DNA of 61,708 bases, the filler included. It is 6 parts of 6 records of this genome, joined end to end, with 100 filler letters (N's around TTAATTAATTAA, not from the genome) between each part and the next. Parts side by side here need not be neighbours in the genome. Positions count along the whole stretch, not along the records: positions 1 to 15,209 come from SRR2962707_3087; 5 more parts are not named here. One strand, 5' to 3'. The notes beneath the pieces are model-generated. The model did not search any database and had not been told where the DNA came from. It saw only the letters and a program-made list of their open reading frames with translations. This document shows, in pieces, positions 1-9,351 of this stretch; the stretch's first letter is position 1; every line of letters starts with the position of its first letter. The position numbers were made by a program, and so were the translations under genes.

Positions 1-38
1 CCAGAGGGTCGGGAGTTCGAATCTCTCCGCCCCGACCA
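1..38 (+). tRNA. 3' half of tRNA-Pro, truncated by the window edge
   Basis: T-arm GGGAG-TTCGAAT-CTCTC and acceptor end GCCCCGA-CCA typical of tRNA-Pro; anticodon not visible. Confidence 0.8.
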
Positions 39-62
39 TTTCTCTTCACAGAAGACATAAAC

Positions 63-87
63 AAAAAGGAAGCCCCGGAGGGCTTCC
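63..87 (-). terminator. Intrinsic terminator for the 119-340 ORF
   Basis: Perfect stem GGAAGCCC-CGGA-GGGCTTCC (68-87) with an A5 run on its left, which is a U-tract on the minus strand. Confidence 0.75.
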
Positions 88-118
88 CTACGCTTCCTGG
101 ATTGCTGCTGAGCCGGGC

Positions 119-340
119 TCAGGCCGCTTGCGGTAAATTGATTCCGATTTCGGTCCGGTCGAGCCACCAGGCACGGGCGGCAAGCCGCTCAACGCAATGC
201 GCGGCCCAAACCGTCACGCCGTTGCGCATAACGGGCCCTGACAGATCGAGAACGCATTCGATGTCCAGGCTGTTGAAGCCTTGGGCGGCGAGGAGGGCGC
301 ATGCGGTATCGCGGTCGAGATAGCGGGGCGGAACGCTCAT
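119..340 (-). CDS. Small hypothetical protein (73 aa)
   Basis: ATG with GAGGAG 9 nt upstream and its own terminator downstream; no recognisable domain. Confidence 0.6.
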   Translation of the reverse strand: MSVPPRYLDRDTACALLAAQGFNSLDIECVLDLSGPVMRNGVTVWAAHCVERLAARAWWLDRTEIGINLPQAA

Positions 341-532
341 TTTCTGGAACTCCTCATGGCCTCGGGGTAGGTTTCGTTACAGTCGCAAGTGCCGTCTTGG
401 GCCGCTTTTCCGTATGATCGTGCGCTTGCGATGATCTTGTTATCGCTTGCAAATTCGTCGCTTTTGGGGCGATAAGAACAAGATTTCGCGACGTTCCCCA
501 TAAACAGGGGAAGAAGCATCAAGGGGACTGAA

Positions 533-841
533 TTGGCACGCGCCCGCATCTACAAACCCGCCAAGACGGCCATGCAATCCGGCCGCGCCAAGACCAGAAA
601 ATGGGTACTCGACTTCGAGCCGGGCAGTGCGCGGCGCGTCGAGCCGCTGATGGGCTGGACCAGTTCCGGCGACATGGACTCCCAAGTCACGCTCCGCTTC
701 GACACCAAGGAAGAAGCGGTCACCTATGCGAAGAAGCACGGCATCGAGTATCAGGTGTTCGAGCCCAAGATCCAGCGCCGCTCCCTCAAGGCCTATTCCG
801 ACAACTTCAAGTATGGCCGCCAGGATCTCTGGACTCACTGA
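533..841 (+). CDS. ETC complex I subunit (NDUFS4-like)
   Basis: ARIYKPAKTAMQSG, EPLMGWTSSGD, LRFDTKEEAV and YSDNF motifs; TTG start. Confidence 0.93.
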   Translation: MARARIYKPAKTAMQSGRAKTRKWVLDFEPGSARRVEPLMGWTSSGDMDSQVTLRFDTKEEAVTYAKKHGIEYQVFEPKIQRRSLKAYSDNFKYGRQDLWTH

Positions 842-866
842 GGGCGGTTTCCGGGAAACTGTTTCC

Positions 867-943
867 GATCCCGTAGCTCAACCGGATAGAGCAACAGATT
901 TCTAATCTGTCGGTTGCAGGTTCGAGTCCTGCCGGGATCGCCA
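867..943 (+). tRNA. tRNA-Arg(UCU)
   Basis: Acceptor GATCCCG/CGGGATC, anticodon arm ACAGA-TTTCTAA-TCTGT, TTCGAG T-loop, encoded CCA; 77 nt. Confidence 0.96.
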
Positions 944-947
944 TCCC

Positions 948-3470
948 TTACGCCTCAACACCGAGTTCGCGCAACGCCGCCGCCTTGAGCGACTGGCGGA
1001 GCGAATCGTAATCCTTCCACGGGTCCTTCCGGCGTTTGGTAAAAGCCGTTTCGACCGTGATCGTGTTTGGAGCCTCGATCTCTTCCAGTTCCTTCCAAGA
1101 GACCGGCCATGCGACGGGTGCGCCTTCCCGCGCCCGCGGTGAATAGGGAGCAATCGCCGTCGCGGAGCGGTCGTTCCTCAAGTAGTCGATGAAGATTTTT
1201 CCGGTGCGCTTCTTTTTGGACGAGACCGCGACATAGCGGCTCGGACGGGCCTCCGCCATGCGCTCCGCGAGCGCGCGGGCGAAGGCTTTTACCGTCGGCC
1301 ATTCGTGGCGCCGGACAAGCGGCGCCACGACATGAATGCCTTTGCCACCGGTGAGAAGCGGAAAACTTTGCAGGTCCACGGCATCGAGAATGGCGCGGGT
1401 CTCGTTCGCGGCATCGATCACGACGTCAAACGGCAAGTCCGGGTCCGGGTCGAGATCGAAGACGAGACGGTCCGGTCTTTCGATGTCGTCAATGCGGGAA
1501 CCCCAGATGTGAAACTCCAGCACGCCCATCTGCGCCGCGGCGACAAGACCCTTCTTCCCGTCGAGATAGAGGTAGTCCTCGCGCTTCTCGGAGCCCTCCA
1601 CCGCCATGGTGTGAAACCCATCGCCAAGCCCTGCGCCCGCATGCCTCTGGAAGAAACATTTTTTCTGACGCCCTTCCGGACAGCGCACGAGGCTTACCAG
1701 CCGGTTTCCGATATGCGGCAGCATCAGGTCCGCCGCCTTCTCGAGATAGCGGACGAGTTCAAGCTTCGTTATTCCCTGTTCGGGAAAGAGAATGCGATCG
1801 GGGTGCGTGATGCGCACCGATTGCACAGTGGTGGCGTCCGTCATGTCTTCCACCTCTTCTACAGGTGCGGGCTCGTCTGCGGTGACTTCTCCAGCGGGTT
1901 TGTCTTCGCGCAATCCGAGATAGCGTGCCTGCCTCAACAGACCATCCCGGGTGAACTCCGCGAAGCCGATCTGCACCACCAGTTCGGGCCGGACCCAATG
2001 GGCATCACATTTTACCGAAGCCGGGATATCTTCATCTTCGAGAGGCGTGGTTTTACGGCTGAGTTTACGGAGGTCAGCCGCGAGGAACTTCATTTCCTCG
2101 TCGGAAAAACCCGTTCCCACGCGTCCGGCATAGCGAAGCTTTTTTCCGTCACGCAGCGCAAGAAGCAGCGACGAAAAGGGACGCTTGCGGCTTGATGGCG
2201 ACCAGCCGGCGACAATGAATTCCTGTTCGTTGCCGCATTTCACCTTCAGCCAGCTTTTCCCTCGTCCCGCGCGGTAGGGAGCATCCGCACGCTTCGCTAT
2301 CAGTCCTTCAAAGCCGCGCTTGCAAAGCGTCTCGAACATTTCCTCGCCGTCTTCGTCGACATGGTCCGTGTAGAACACAGGCCCCTTGCGCCCGGGCGCT
2401 CCCAACAGGGATTTCAGGCGGCGTTTGCGTTCTACCAGCGGCAGCTTGCGAAGGTTCTCGCCACCGGCGGCAAGGAGATCGAAGGCGAAAAACGACAGGG
2501 GGTGGTTCTTGCCCTTCAAGGCCTGCTGCAAAGCGGAGAAATCCGTTCTTCCCTTGGCGTCCAGGACAACGATCTCGCCATCGATCAACGCGCTATCGAG
2601 GTCGAGAGACGCAAACGCATCGGGTATTGAAGCGTAGCGGCCGGTCCAGTCGTGGCCGTTTCGTGTGTATATCCGAACCTGTTCTCCATTGACGGCCGCC
2701 ACCGCGCGGTAGCCGTCGAATTTCATTTCGAAGAGCCAGTTCTTGCCGCGAGGAATATCGTCGACCAATGTCGCCAGTGCAGGTTTGACGAAATCGGGAA
2801 GTTTGGAACCGGAAGACTTTCTTTTGCTTTCGGTCTTCTTCTTGGACCTGCGCTTTTTGCCGGCGGCTTTCCCGCCGTTCCAGGAAGCTTCCGGATTGGC
2901 TGCGACCTCTTCGGTGTCGCGGCCGGAGACGACGCTTGTCGTATAGCTCTCGACCGGATCGGTATGTTCGTCCGCTGCCTCATCTCGTTCCTTGATGAGG
3001 AGCCAGTTCTCCCGCTTTGCTTTTTCCTCGCCCTTGAAACGGACAAGCGCCCATTTTCCGTGAAGACGTTCGCCATGTAGCTCGAATGAGAGTTTGCCTT
3101 TTTTCAGGCCTTCTTCGGGGTCACCGAGAGGTTTCCATTTACCTCGGTCCCAGAGAATGACTGCGCCGGCGCCGTAGTGGCCTTTGGGGATTGTTCCCTC
3201 GAATGTGATGTAGTCGACCGGGTGATCCTCGGTTCTTACGGCGAGACGCTTTTCAGACGGGTCGAGGCTTGGCCCTTTGGTGATCGCCCAACTTTTCAGG
3301 ACACCGTTCAGTTCAAGACGCAAATCGTAGTGCAGGCGGCGCGCATCGTGCATCTGGATCGCGTAGCCATTGCCTTTTCGGCGCGATTTTTGGCCGCGAG
3401 GCTCCGGCGTCTCGTCGAAATGCCGCTTCGACCAATATGTTTCGAGGTCGGGATTAGGGCTTTTCGCCAT
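948..3470 (-). CDS. ligD: NHEJ DNA ligase D (phosphoesterase-ligase-polymerase)
   Basis: PE domain (HDARRLHYDLRLE), ligase EMKFDGYR and WLKVK, primase-polymerase domain (FFQRH, FDLDP, TGGKGIHV). Confidence 0.97.
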   Translation of the reverse strand: MAKSPNPDLETYWSKRHFDETPEPRGQKSRRKGNGYAIQMHDARRLHYDLRLELNGVLKSWAITKGPSLDPSEKRLAVRTEDHPVDYITFEGTIPKGHYGAGAVILWDRGKWKPLGDPEEGLKKGKLSFELHGERLHGKWALVRFKGEEKAKRENWLLIKERDEAADEHTDPVESYTTSVVSGRDTEEVAANPEASWNGGKAAGKKRRSKKKTESKRKSSGSKLPDFVKPALATLVDDIPRGKNWLFEMKFDGYRAVAAVNGEQVRIYTRNGHDWTGRYASIPDAFASLDLDSALIDGEIVVLDAKGRTDFSALQQALKGKNHPLSFFAFDLLAAGGENLRKLPLVERKRRLKSLLGAPGRKGPVFYTDHVDEDGEEMFETLCKRGFEGLIAKRADAPYRAGRGKSWLKVKCGNEQEFIVAGWSPSSRKRPFSSLLLALRDGKKLRYAGRVGTGFSDEEMKFLAADLRKLSRKTTPLEDEDIPASVKCDAHWVRPELVVQIGFAEFTRDGLLRQARYLGLREDKPAGEVTADEPAPVEEVEDMTDATTVQSVRITHPDRILFPEQGITKLELVRYLEKAADLMLPHIGNRLVSLVRCPEGRQKKCFFQRHAGAGLGDGFHTMAVEGSEKREDYLYLDGKKGLVAAAQMGVLEFHIWGSRIDDIERPDRLVFDLDPDPDLPFDVVIDAANETRAILDAVDLQSFPLLTGGKGIHVVAPLVRRHEWPTVKAFARALAERMAEARPSRYVAVSSKKKRTGKIFIDYLRNDRSATAIAPYSPRAREGAPVAWPVSWKELEEIEAPNTITVETAFTKRRKDPWKDYDSLRQSLKAAALRELGVEA

Positions 3471-3476
3471 TGCAGA

Positions 3477-4418
3477 TCAGCCCGTCTTTTTGCGCGAAGA
3501 CGAGCGTCCCGTGCGCGACGATGCTGATTTACTGCGTCCTTTCACCGACTTCTTGAGCGCATCGACGAGATCGATCACCTGCGCACCGCCGGAGGTTTCT
3601 CCCTCTTCGATTTCGACGGGTTTGCGATTTTTGGCTTTCGCTTCGATGAGTTCTCGAACCGCTTCGGTGTAGCTGTCCTTGAAATCGTCCGGGTTGAAAG
3701 GTGCGCTCTTCTTTTTGATAAGGTCCTCGGCGAGAGAAAGGAGCTCTTCATCGGTGTCCTGTTCGTCCAGAGAAGAGAAGAAGGGTCCCGCACTGCGGAC
3801 TTCGTCCGCGAAGCGCAGCGTTTCGAGGAGCAAACCGTTGCCGCAGGGCTTAAGGGTCGCGATATGCTCGCGGCCCCGCATCACGAATTGTCCGATGCCG
3901 ATTTTTGCAACACGCCGGAGAGCGTCCCGGATGACGCTGTATCCTTCCTCGGCCAGTTCATCGTCCGGCACTACGTAGTAGGGCCTGTCGAACCAGAGAG
4001 GATCGATGTCGCCCTGGTTCACGAACTGGACGACGTCGAGCGTCTGTTTGGTTTCGAGTTTCAGGTTTTCGATCTCTTCGGGATCGACAAGAACGTATCG
4101 GCCCTTTTCGATTTCGAAACCCTTTACGATGTCGTCCGTATCGACCGGGCCGATTTCCGGCACGATCTTCTGATACCGCACGCGTTTACCTGACGGCTCG
4201 TGCACCTGATGAAATTGAATACGGGCGCCTGTCTTGGTGGCAGGAAAGATTTTTACAGGAAACGACACCAGAGCGAGGCGGAGGTTGCCGCTCCATGCGG
4301 CGCGCGCGGATTCAATAACCGTGGCCGAAGATTTCCGGCTGCGGCGCTTCGCAGCGGTTCCGCTGGAAGACGTCTTCCTGGTGGCCGGCTTTTTCTTTGC
4401 AGTCTTTCTTTGTGCCAT
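3477..4418 (-). CDS. ku: NHEJ Ku protein
   Basis: WSGNLRLALVSFPVK, RPYYVVP, VIDLVDALKKS; basic tails; directly upstream of ligD. Confidence 0.96.
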   Translation of the reverse strand: MAQRKTAKKKPATRKTSSSGTAAKRRSRKSSATVIESARAAWSGNLRLALVSFPVKIFPATKTGARIQFHQVHEPSGKRVRYQKIVPEIGPVDTDDIVKGFEIEKGRYVLVDPEEIENLKLETKQTLDVVQFVNQGDIDPLWFDRPYYVVPDDELAEEGYSVIRDALRRVAKIGIGQFVMRGREHIATLKPCGNGLLLETLRFADEVRSAGPFFSSLDEQDTDEELLSLAEDLIKKKSAPFNPDDFKDSYTEAVRELIEAKAKNRKPVEIEEGETSGGAQVIDLVDALKKSVKGRSKSASSRTGRSSSRKKTG

Positions 4419-4452
4419 AAGCCGCGCTTCCCTTGATTTATCCGATTCACAA

Positions 4453-4478
4453 AACGCGGGAACGCCGAGATACGTTCC
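4453..4478 (-). promoter_or_regulatory. EcfG/RpoE2 (general stress response) promoter for ku-ligD
   Basis: Minus strand reads GGAAC-N17-CGTT, about 35 nt upstream of the ku start. Confidence 0.75.
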
Positions 4479-4567
4479 GGAGGTTCTCGTTCGGAGTTAT
4501 CGGAGCCGTCGACTTGGAATAGGGGCGGGCAGGGCTATTTCAGGTGCAGGGGGCAAGGAGATCAGCC

Positions 4568-4909
4568 ATGGCCGACGAAGACGATCCCTACAACCCGGAT
4601 AAGGAGCGCCCCGGATATGGCATTTCTCATCCAAATTATGCGGCGGCGCACCGCCATTCCTACCCCGGTGCTCCCTTCGACGAACCCGAAATCCCCGACC
4701 GGAAAATCCTGCAGGAGATCGGCAAACGGCTTGCCTCTGCGGAGGGGGTCGACCCGACTATTTTCAGGGTGGAGATGTCGTGCGGCGAAGCAACGATAGA
4801 GGGATGCGCCCGGAGCGAGGCGGAGGCGGCCCGCATTGAAAAGCTGATCTGTGAAACCCCGGGCATTGCTGCCTGCCGGAACAATCTCCGAATTAACAGC
4901 GAACAGTGA
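4568..4909 (+). CDS. BON domain protein
   Basis: AAGGAG RBS before ATG 4568; C-terminal BON-like pattern (FRVEMSCGEATIEG...TPGIAACRNNLRI). Confidence 0.75.
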   Translation: MADEDDPYNPDKERPGYGISHPNYAAAHRHSYPGAPFDEPEIPDRKILQEIGKRLASAEGVDPTIFRVEMSCGEATIEGCARSEAEAARIEKLICETPGIAACRNNLRINSEQ

Positions 4910-5059
4910 TATTCTCCATATTCCAGAACTCGCGGACAACCTGACCAAGGTTTAACTTGAGGGTATTCAGGCGCTTTCCGATCATGGATGCTTGAGAAGA
5001 GACTGCAGCGGGAAGGCCCTGGGGCCGCCCGCACGGCATGTCCCGCCGGAGGAGGAAAC

Positions 5060-5830
5060 ATGAATCGCACTATGGCAGCCGCGCCAAGCGGCGGCGCTTC
5101 GCACTGGCTGGCGTTTATGCGCGCAACCGCGTGGCTGGTGCTGGTTACAGGTTTGTTGCTGTCCCTCGCTATCGGCGGCGCGATGGCTGAAGAGCCGATG
5201 GCCGATCCGACAAAGCCCGATCCTTCGATTGAAGGGCAGCCGAACGAAGCCTCCGGCACCGATCTTTATGTGCGCGGGTTCTATCCAGAAGCGCTCGCCG
5301 AGTGGAAGCGGGCGGTCGAAGTAAACAAGGATGCAGGCGCTGCCTTCAAGCTCGCCGAGGAATATTTCGATGCCAAGGTCGTGGAACGCGATCTGGCGAC
5401 GGCCATCAAGTACTACACGCTCGGCGCCGAATGGGGCGACATGCGCGCCCAGATGGACCTTGCGACGCTGTTCGACAAAGGCTGGGGCGTACCGCAGGAC
5501 GTGGAACGGGCGGCCAAATGGTATGAGGCGGCCGCCAAGCAGGGGCTGGCCAGCTCCCAATACAATATTGCGACGATGTATGAGGACGGTCTCGGCGTCG
5601 AACGGGATAAAGTTCGCGCCTACATGTATTACCAGCTCTCGATTGAGGGCGGGTTCCCGAAGTTCGCGACCGAGGCGCTGGAAGCGCTTGCGGCCGACAT
5701 GACGTCTGCGGAGATCAAGGAAGCGACCAAGCTGGCGCGGGCCTTCGAACCGCAAACGCGGGAACAAAGCGCGGAAGAGATGAAAGTCACCGCCGAGGCG
5801 CTTACAGGGTCCGAGGACGCCGCCGAATAG
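5060..5830 (+). CDS. Secreted Sel1-repeat protein
   Basis: GGAGG RBS, signal-like hydrophobic stretch, repeats GWGVPQDVERAAKWYEAAAKQG and GLGVERDKVRAYMYY. Confidence 0.88.
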   Translation: MNRTMAAAPSGGASHWLAFMRATAWLVLVTGLLLSLAIGGAMAEEPMADPTKPDPSIEGQPNEASGTDLYVRGFYPEALAEWKRAVEVNKDAGAAFKLAEEYFDAKVVERDLATAIKYYTLGAEWGDMRAQMDLATLFDKGWGVPQDVERAAKWYEAAAKQGLASSQYNIATMYEDGLGVERDKVRAYMYYQLSIEGGFPKFATEALEALAADMTSAEIKEATKLARAFEPQTREQSAEEMKVTAEALTGSEDAAE

Positions 5831-5851
5831 CGCAAGCGGCAAAGTTTGCGG

Positions 5852-5885
5852 AAAAGCCCCGGTCTTCGCGCCGGGGCTTTTGTTT
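5852..5885 (+). terminator. Intrinsic terminator, likely bidirectional
   Basis: AAAAGCCCCGG...CCGGGGCTTTTGTTTT. Confidence 0.8.
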
Positions 5886-5945
5886 TCGCGCGCATCGGCG
5901 CGGGGCCTTCGTTATCATCGCCAAGACGATGTAGGAGGAGGCGCT

Positions 5946-7262
5946 ATGACGGATGTCTGGTCGAACTGGTCGGGATGGGTGAAAGCCTGGCCGAAGGCGC
6001 TGGCGGCGCCTGCCACCGAGGAAGATGTGGCCGAGGTTCTCAAGAAAGCCGTGGCGCCTGTGCGTGTTGCCGGGCGCGGCCACTCCTTCACGCCGCTCGT
6101 CGAGAGCGACGGCACGCTGATGACCATTTGGGGCCTCACCGGCGTCATCGACCACGACGAAAAAACGCAGACGGCGCGGATCAAGGCGGGCACCACGATC
6201 CGCGATCTCGGGCCGGAACTTTTTGACCGCGGTCTTGCACTTATCAATCAAGGCGATATCGACAGGCAGGCAATCGCGGGCGCGGTCGGTACCGGCACAC
6301 ACGGGACGGGCGGCGGGCTTGGTTCGATTTCTTCCGCGGTCGCAGGGTTTCGTCTGGCAACGGCAAACGGCGATATTCTCACCTGCAATGCGAACGAGAA
6401 CACGGATGTGTTCGACGCGGGCCGTGTGAGCTTCGGCAGCCTTGGCGTCATGACCGAAATCACCATGAAGTGCCGCCCCGTCTATGCGCTGGAGGAAGAG
6501 GGCGGGCGCATGACCCTCGATGAGGCTCTTGCGAAGGCGGAGGAATTGCGCGACGGCAACCGTCATTTCGAATTCTTCTGGTTTCCGTTCGCGAACGAGG
6601 CGCTCGTCAAATTCCTGCGCGAGACGGATAAGGAAGCGCGGCCGCGTCACCGGAAACCTGATGGCGAGGTGTCGGCGGGTGACAAGACGATGCTGCGCGC
6701 TTGCGAAGTGGCGCGTCACTTGCCGTTCCTGCGCGGACCGCTTCAGAAGTTTCTCACCTCGGCGAGCGGGTCGCGCTACACGGGCGGGGCTTCCAGCGAA
6801 GAAAAAACAAAAGTGCGCTGGTCGCACGACGCGTTTCCGAGCGACCGCAATGTGCGCTTCAATGAAATGGAATATGCGGTGCCCGCCGAGAAGGGGCCGG
6901 AATGCATCCGCGAAGTCGGCGCGTATATGCGCGGCTGCGGCATCAACTTTCTCTTTCCGCTCGAATATCGCTATGTCGCAGCGGACGATGCGTGGCTGAG
7001 CCCGTTTTACCAGCGCGACAGCGTGACCATTTCAGTGCACCAATATCACAAGCAGCCCTACAAAGAGCTGTTTGCGGGCGTGGAAGCAATTTTCCGGCGC
7101 TACGAGGGGCGGCCGCATTGGGGCAAGCTGCACACGCTTGGCGCGGAGGATTTCAAGACGCTCTATCCGAAGTGGGATGAGTTCTGCGCGGTGCGCCGCC
7201 GTCTCGATCCGTCGGGCAAACTTCTTAATGCGCATCTGAAGCGGATTTTCGGTGAGGCCTAG
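5946..7262 (+). CDS. FAD-linked oxidoreductase (D-arabinono-1,4-lactone oxidase family)
   Basis: WSNWSG, GRGHSF, GAVGTGTHGTG, EMEY, GRPHWGK; AGGAGG RBS. Confidence 0.9.
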   Translation: MTDVWSNWSGWVKAWPKALAAPATEEDVAEVLKKAVAPVRVAGRGHSFTPLVESDGTLMTIWGLTGVIDHDEKTQTARIKAGTTIRDLGPELFDRGLALINQGDIDRQAIAGAVGTGTHGTGGGLGSISSAVAGFRLATANGDILTCNANENTDVFDAGRVSFGSLGVMTEITMKCRPVYALEEEGGRMTLDEALAKAEELRDGNRHFEFFWFPFANEALVKFLRETDKEARPRHRKPDGEVSAGDKTMLRACEVARHLPFLRGPLQKFLTSASGSRYTGGASSEEKTKVRWSHDAFPSDRNVRFNEMEYAVPAEKGPECIREVGAYMRGCGINFLFPLEYRYVAADDAWLSPFYQRDSVTISVHQYHKQPYKELFAGVEAIFRRYEGRPHWGKLHTLGAEDFKTLYPKWDEFCAVRRRLDPSGKLLNAHLKRIFGEA

Positions 7263-7483
7263 TTCTCTTCCACGAGCGCGACGACCTGGCCTTCCGACAC
7301 GGCGTCTTCTTCTGCGACGAAGAGTTCGACCAGCGTGCAATCCATGGGCGCGCAGACCGGGATTTCCATTTTCATGGATTCGAGAATGAGGATCGGGTCG
7401 TCTTCCTCGATCCGGTCACCGGGCTTCGTCTCGATCTTCCAGACCTTGCCGGTGATTTCGCTTTTTACTTCGACTGTCGCCAT
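7259..7483 (-). CDS. Stand-alone biotinyl carrier protein
   Basis: ILESMKMEIPV biotin attachment motif; 74 aa. Confidence 0.88.
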   Translation of the reverse strand: MATVEVKSEITGKVWKIETKPGDRIEEDDPILILESMKMEIPVCAPMDCTLVELFVAEEDAVSEGQVVALVEEN

Positions 7484-7504
7484 GAATCTTGTCCTCTCGT
7501 ATTT

Positions 7505-8629
7505 TCAATCGCCGGTTTTGGGAGGTGACGTCTCGTGACCTCCTGCAATCGCGACCGATTTGACCAATGCCCACACGGCCATGCCTTCGGTGAGGCCGAG
7601 CCGCCGCGCCGCGCGTTGCGTAACGATGGCGTGTAGCAGCGTGCCGCCATTCCGGGTTTCAAGCGTGACGCTCACCTGACCTGATCCGACGTCCGTCAAA
7701 TGCCGAACGTTTCCTTCGATAACATTCTGGATGCTGAGATTTGAAGGGGCATCCGTTGCCAGCGCCACGTCGCGGGCGCGGAGCCGGAGGCGCACCGGCG
7801 CACCCGGTTGCAGCGGCAACTTCGCAACGGCGAGCCGGAAACCGCTCCCCTTCAGTTCCGTCAATCCGTCGTCATCGTCGTGCCGGTCGATGCGCGCATC
7901 GAGAATGGTGCCGGGGCTGTCGTCTTCCGTTTCACCGAGGATCAGGTTCTGAACGTCGAGGCGATTCAGCACCTCGCCGACGCCACCTTCCGCCACGATG
8001 CGGCCGCCTTGGAACACGATGACGCGATCCGCGAGCCGGACGATCTCATCGATATTGTGGCTGACGAAAACGACGGGCAGGCGGAGCCGCTCATGTAGCG
8101 CTTCGAGGAACGGCATGATCTCGCGCCGCCGCCTTATGTCGAGGCTCGCGAGCGGTTCGTCCATGAGGAGGAGTCGGGGCGCCGACAGAAGGGCGCGGCC
8201 GATCGCGACGCGCTGTGCTTCGCCGCCCGAGAGACTGTTCGGATGGCGGTGGAGAAGGGCGGCGAGGCCGAGCAGCTCGATGATTTCGCCACGTGCGGCG
8301 GGCATATCGGAGCCGCGCCGTTTCCGGCCATAGTCGAGATTTTCGGCGACGCTCATATGGGGAAAGAGCCGGGCTTCCTGAAAGACGTAGCCGGTGTTTC
8401 GTTTCTCGGGCGGCAGGGAAATACCGCGCTTGGTGTCCACGAAGACGTCGCTGCCGAGCGATATCCGTGCTTCGTCCGGTCGGGTGAGCCCCGCGATGGC
8501 CTGCAGCGCCATGGTCTTGCCGGCGCCTGACGGACCGATGATGCCGGTGACGCCGGGCGGCGCTTCGAAGGAGACGTCGAGCGTGAAATTGCCCGCCTGT
8601 CTCTTGACCGCCGCTGAGAGCGCCGTCAT
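7505..8629 (-). CDS. modC: Molybdate ABC transporter ATPase
   Basis: GPSGAGKT, VFQEARLFPH, LSGGE, C-terminal TOBE/Mop region. Confidence 0.95.
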   Translation of the reverse strand: MTALSAAVKRQAGNFTLDVSFEAPPGVTGIIGPSGAGKTMALQAIAGLTRPDEARISLGSDVFVDTKRGISLPPEKRNTGYVFQEARLFPHMSVAENLDYGRKRRGSDMPAARGEIIELLGLAALLHRHPNSLSGGEAQRVAIGRALLSAPRLLLMDEPLASLDIRRRREIMPFLEALHERLRLPVVFVSHNIDEIVRLADRVIVFQGGRIVAEGGVGEVLNRLDVQNLILGETEDDSPGTILDARIDRHDDDDGLTELKGSGFRLAVAKLPLQPGAPVRLRLRARDVALATDAPSNLSIQNVIEGNVRHLTDVGSGQVSVTLETRNGGTLLHAIVTQRAARRLGLTEGMAVWALVKSVAIAGGHETSPPKTGD

Positions 8630-9345
8630 GCCGCGTGCTCCCTGCGCTCGCCGTGGAGACGGCGGCGCATGCGCGCGGCGAGAATTTCAGAAGCCGCAAG
8701 CGCGCCGACAGCTAGCAGGATCGAGAGTACGAGCAGGCGCAGGGCGCGGATTTCACCGTCCGGCGATTGCAGCGCGCTGTAGAGAGCGATGGGAAGCGTT
8801 TGCGTTTCGCCGGGAATATTGGCGACGAAGGTGATCGTCGCGCCGAACTCGCCGAGGCCGCGCGCGAAGGCGAGTAACAAGCCGGTGACGAGGCCGGGCA
8901 GAATGAGCGGCAGGGTAATGCTCATCATCGTGTCGAACCTGCTCGCGCCGAGGGTGCGTGCGGCCTGTTCGAGCCTCCGGTCGACGGCATCGAAAGAGAG
9001 CCGCAACGCACGCACGAGAAGCGGGAAGCCCATAATGGCAGCGGCGAGCGCGGCGCCCTTCCAGTTGAAGGCGAGGGTGAAGCCGAACGTCTCGTTCAGC
9101 CAGCCGCCAATGAAGCCGCGGTTGCCGAAAGCGAGCAGCAGCAAGTAGCCGGTGACGACGGGCGGCATGACGAGTGGCATGTGGACGATCAGGTCGAGCG
9201 CGAACTTGCCCGGAAAATCTCGCCGCGACAGCGCCCAAGCGACGGCGAGACCGGGCGGCAAGCTCAGCAGCGCGCCAATGAGCCCGATCTTGAGCGAGAG
9301 CCAGAGCGCTTCGGCTTCGGCGGGGGAAAGGGTGAGGTCCGGCAT
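8626..9345 (-). CDS. modB: Molybdate ABC transporter permease
   Basis: PLVMPPVVTGYLLL, FARGLGEFGAT. Confidence 0.95.
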   Translation of the reverse strand: MPDLTLSPAEAEALWLSLKIGLIGALLSLPPGLAVAWALSRRDFPGKFALDLIVHMPLVMPPVVTGYLLLLAFGNRGFIGGWLNETFGFTLAFNWKGAALAAAIMGFPLLVRALRLSFDAVDRRLEQAARTLGASRFDTMMSITLPLILPGLVTGLLLAFARGLGEFGATITFVANIPGETQTLPIALYSALQSPDGEIRALRLLVLSILLAVGALAASEILAARMRRRLHGERREHAA

Positions 9346-9351
9346 CTGCCG

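Noticed and set aside
337-549. 70-aa minus-strand ORF upstream of the small gene
   Set aside because: Overlaps the NDUFS4-like start and its likely promoter region; no RBS or motif
902-1153. ORF ending WRSRQDSNLQPTD
   Set aside because: This is the reverse translation of the tRNA-Arg gene
1305-2195. 296-aa ORF antisense to ligD, and similar long shadow ORFs (e.g. 11467-12645, 13725-14987, 18552-19565, 42290-43276)
   Set aside because: Fully overlap well-supported genes on the other strand, have no motifs, and are expected in GC-rich DNA
4459-4485. Second EcfG promoter facing the BON gene
   Set aside because: GGAAC is present but the -10 element is off-consensus in spacing
944-5050. Intact integrative element at tRNA-Arg
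   Set aside because: No integrase and no recognisable direct repeat of the tRNA 3' end
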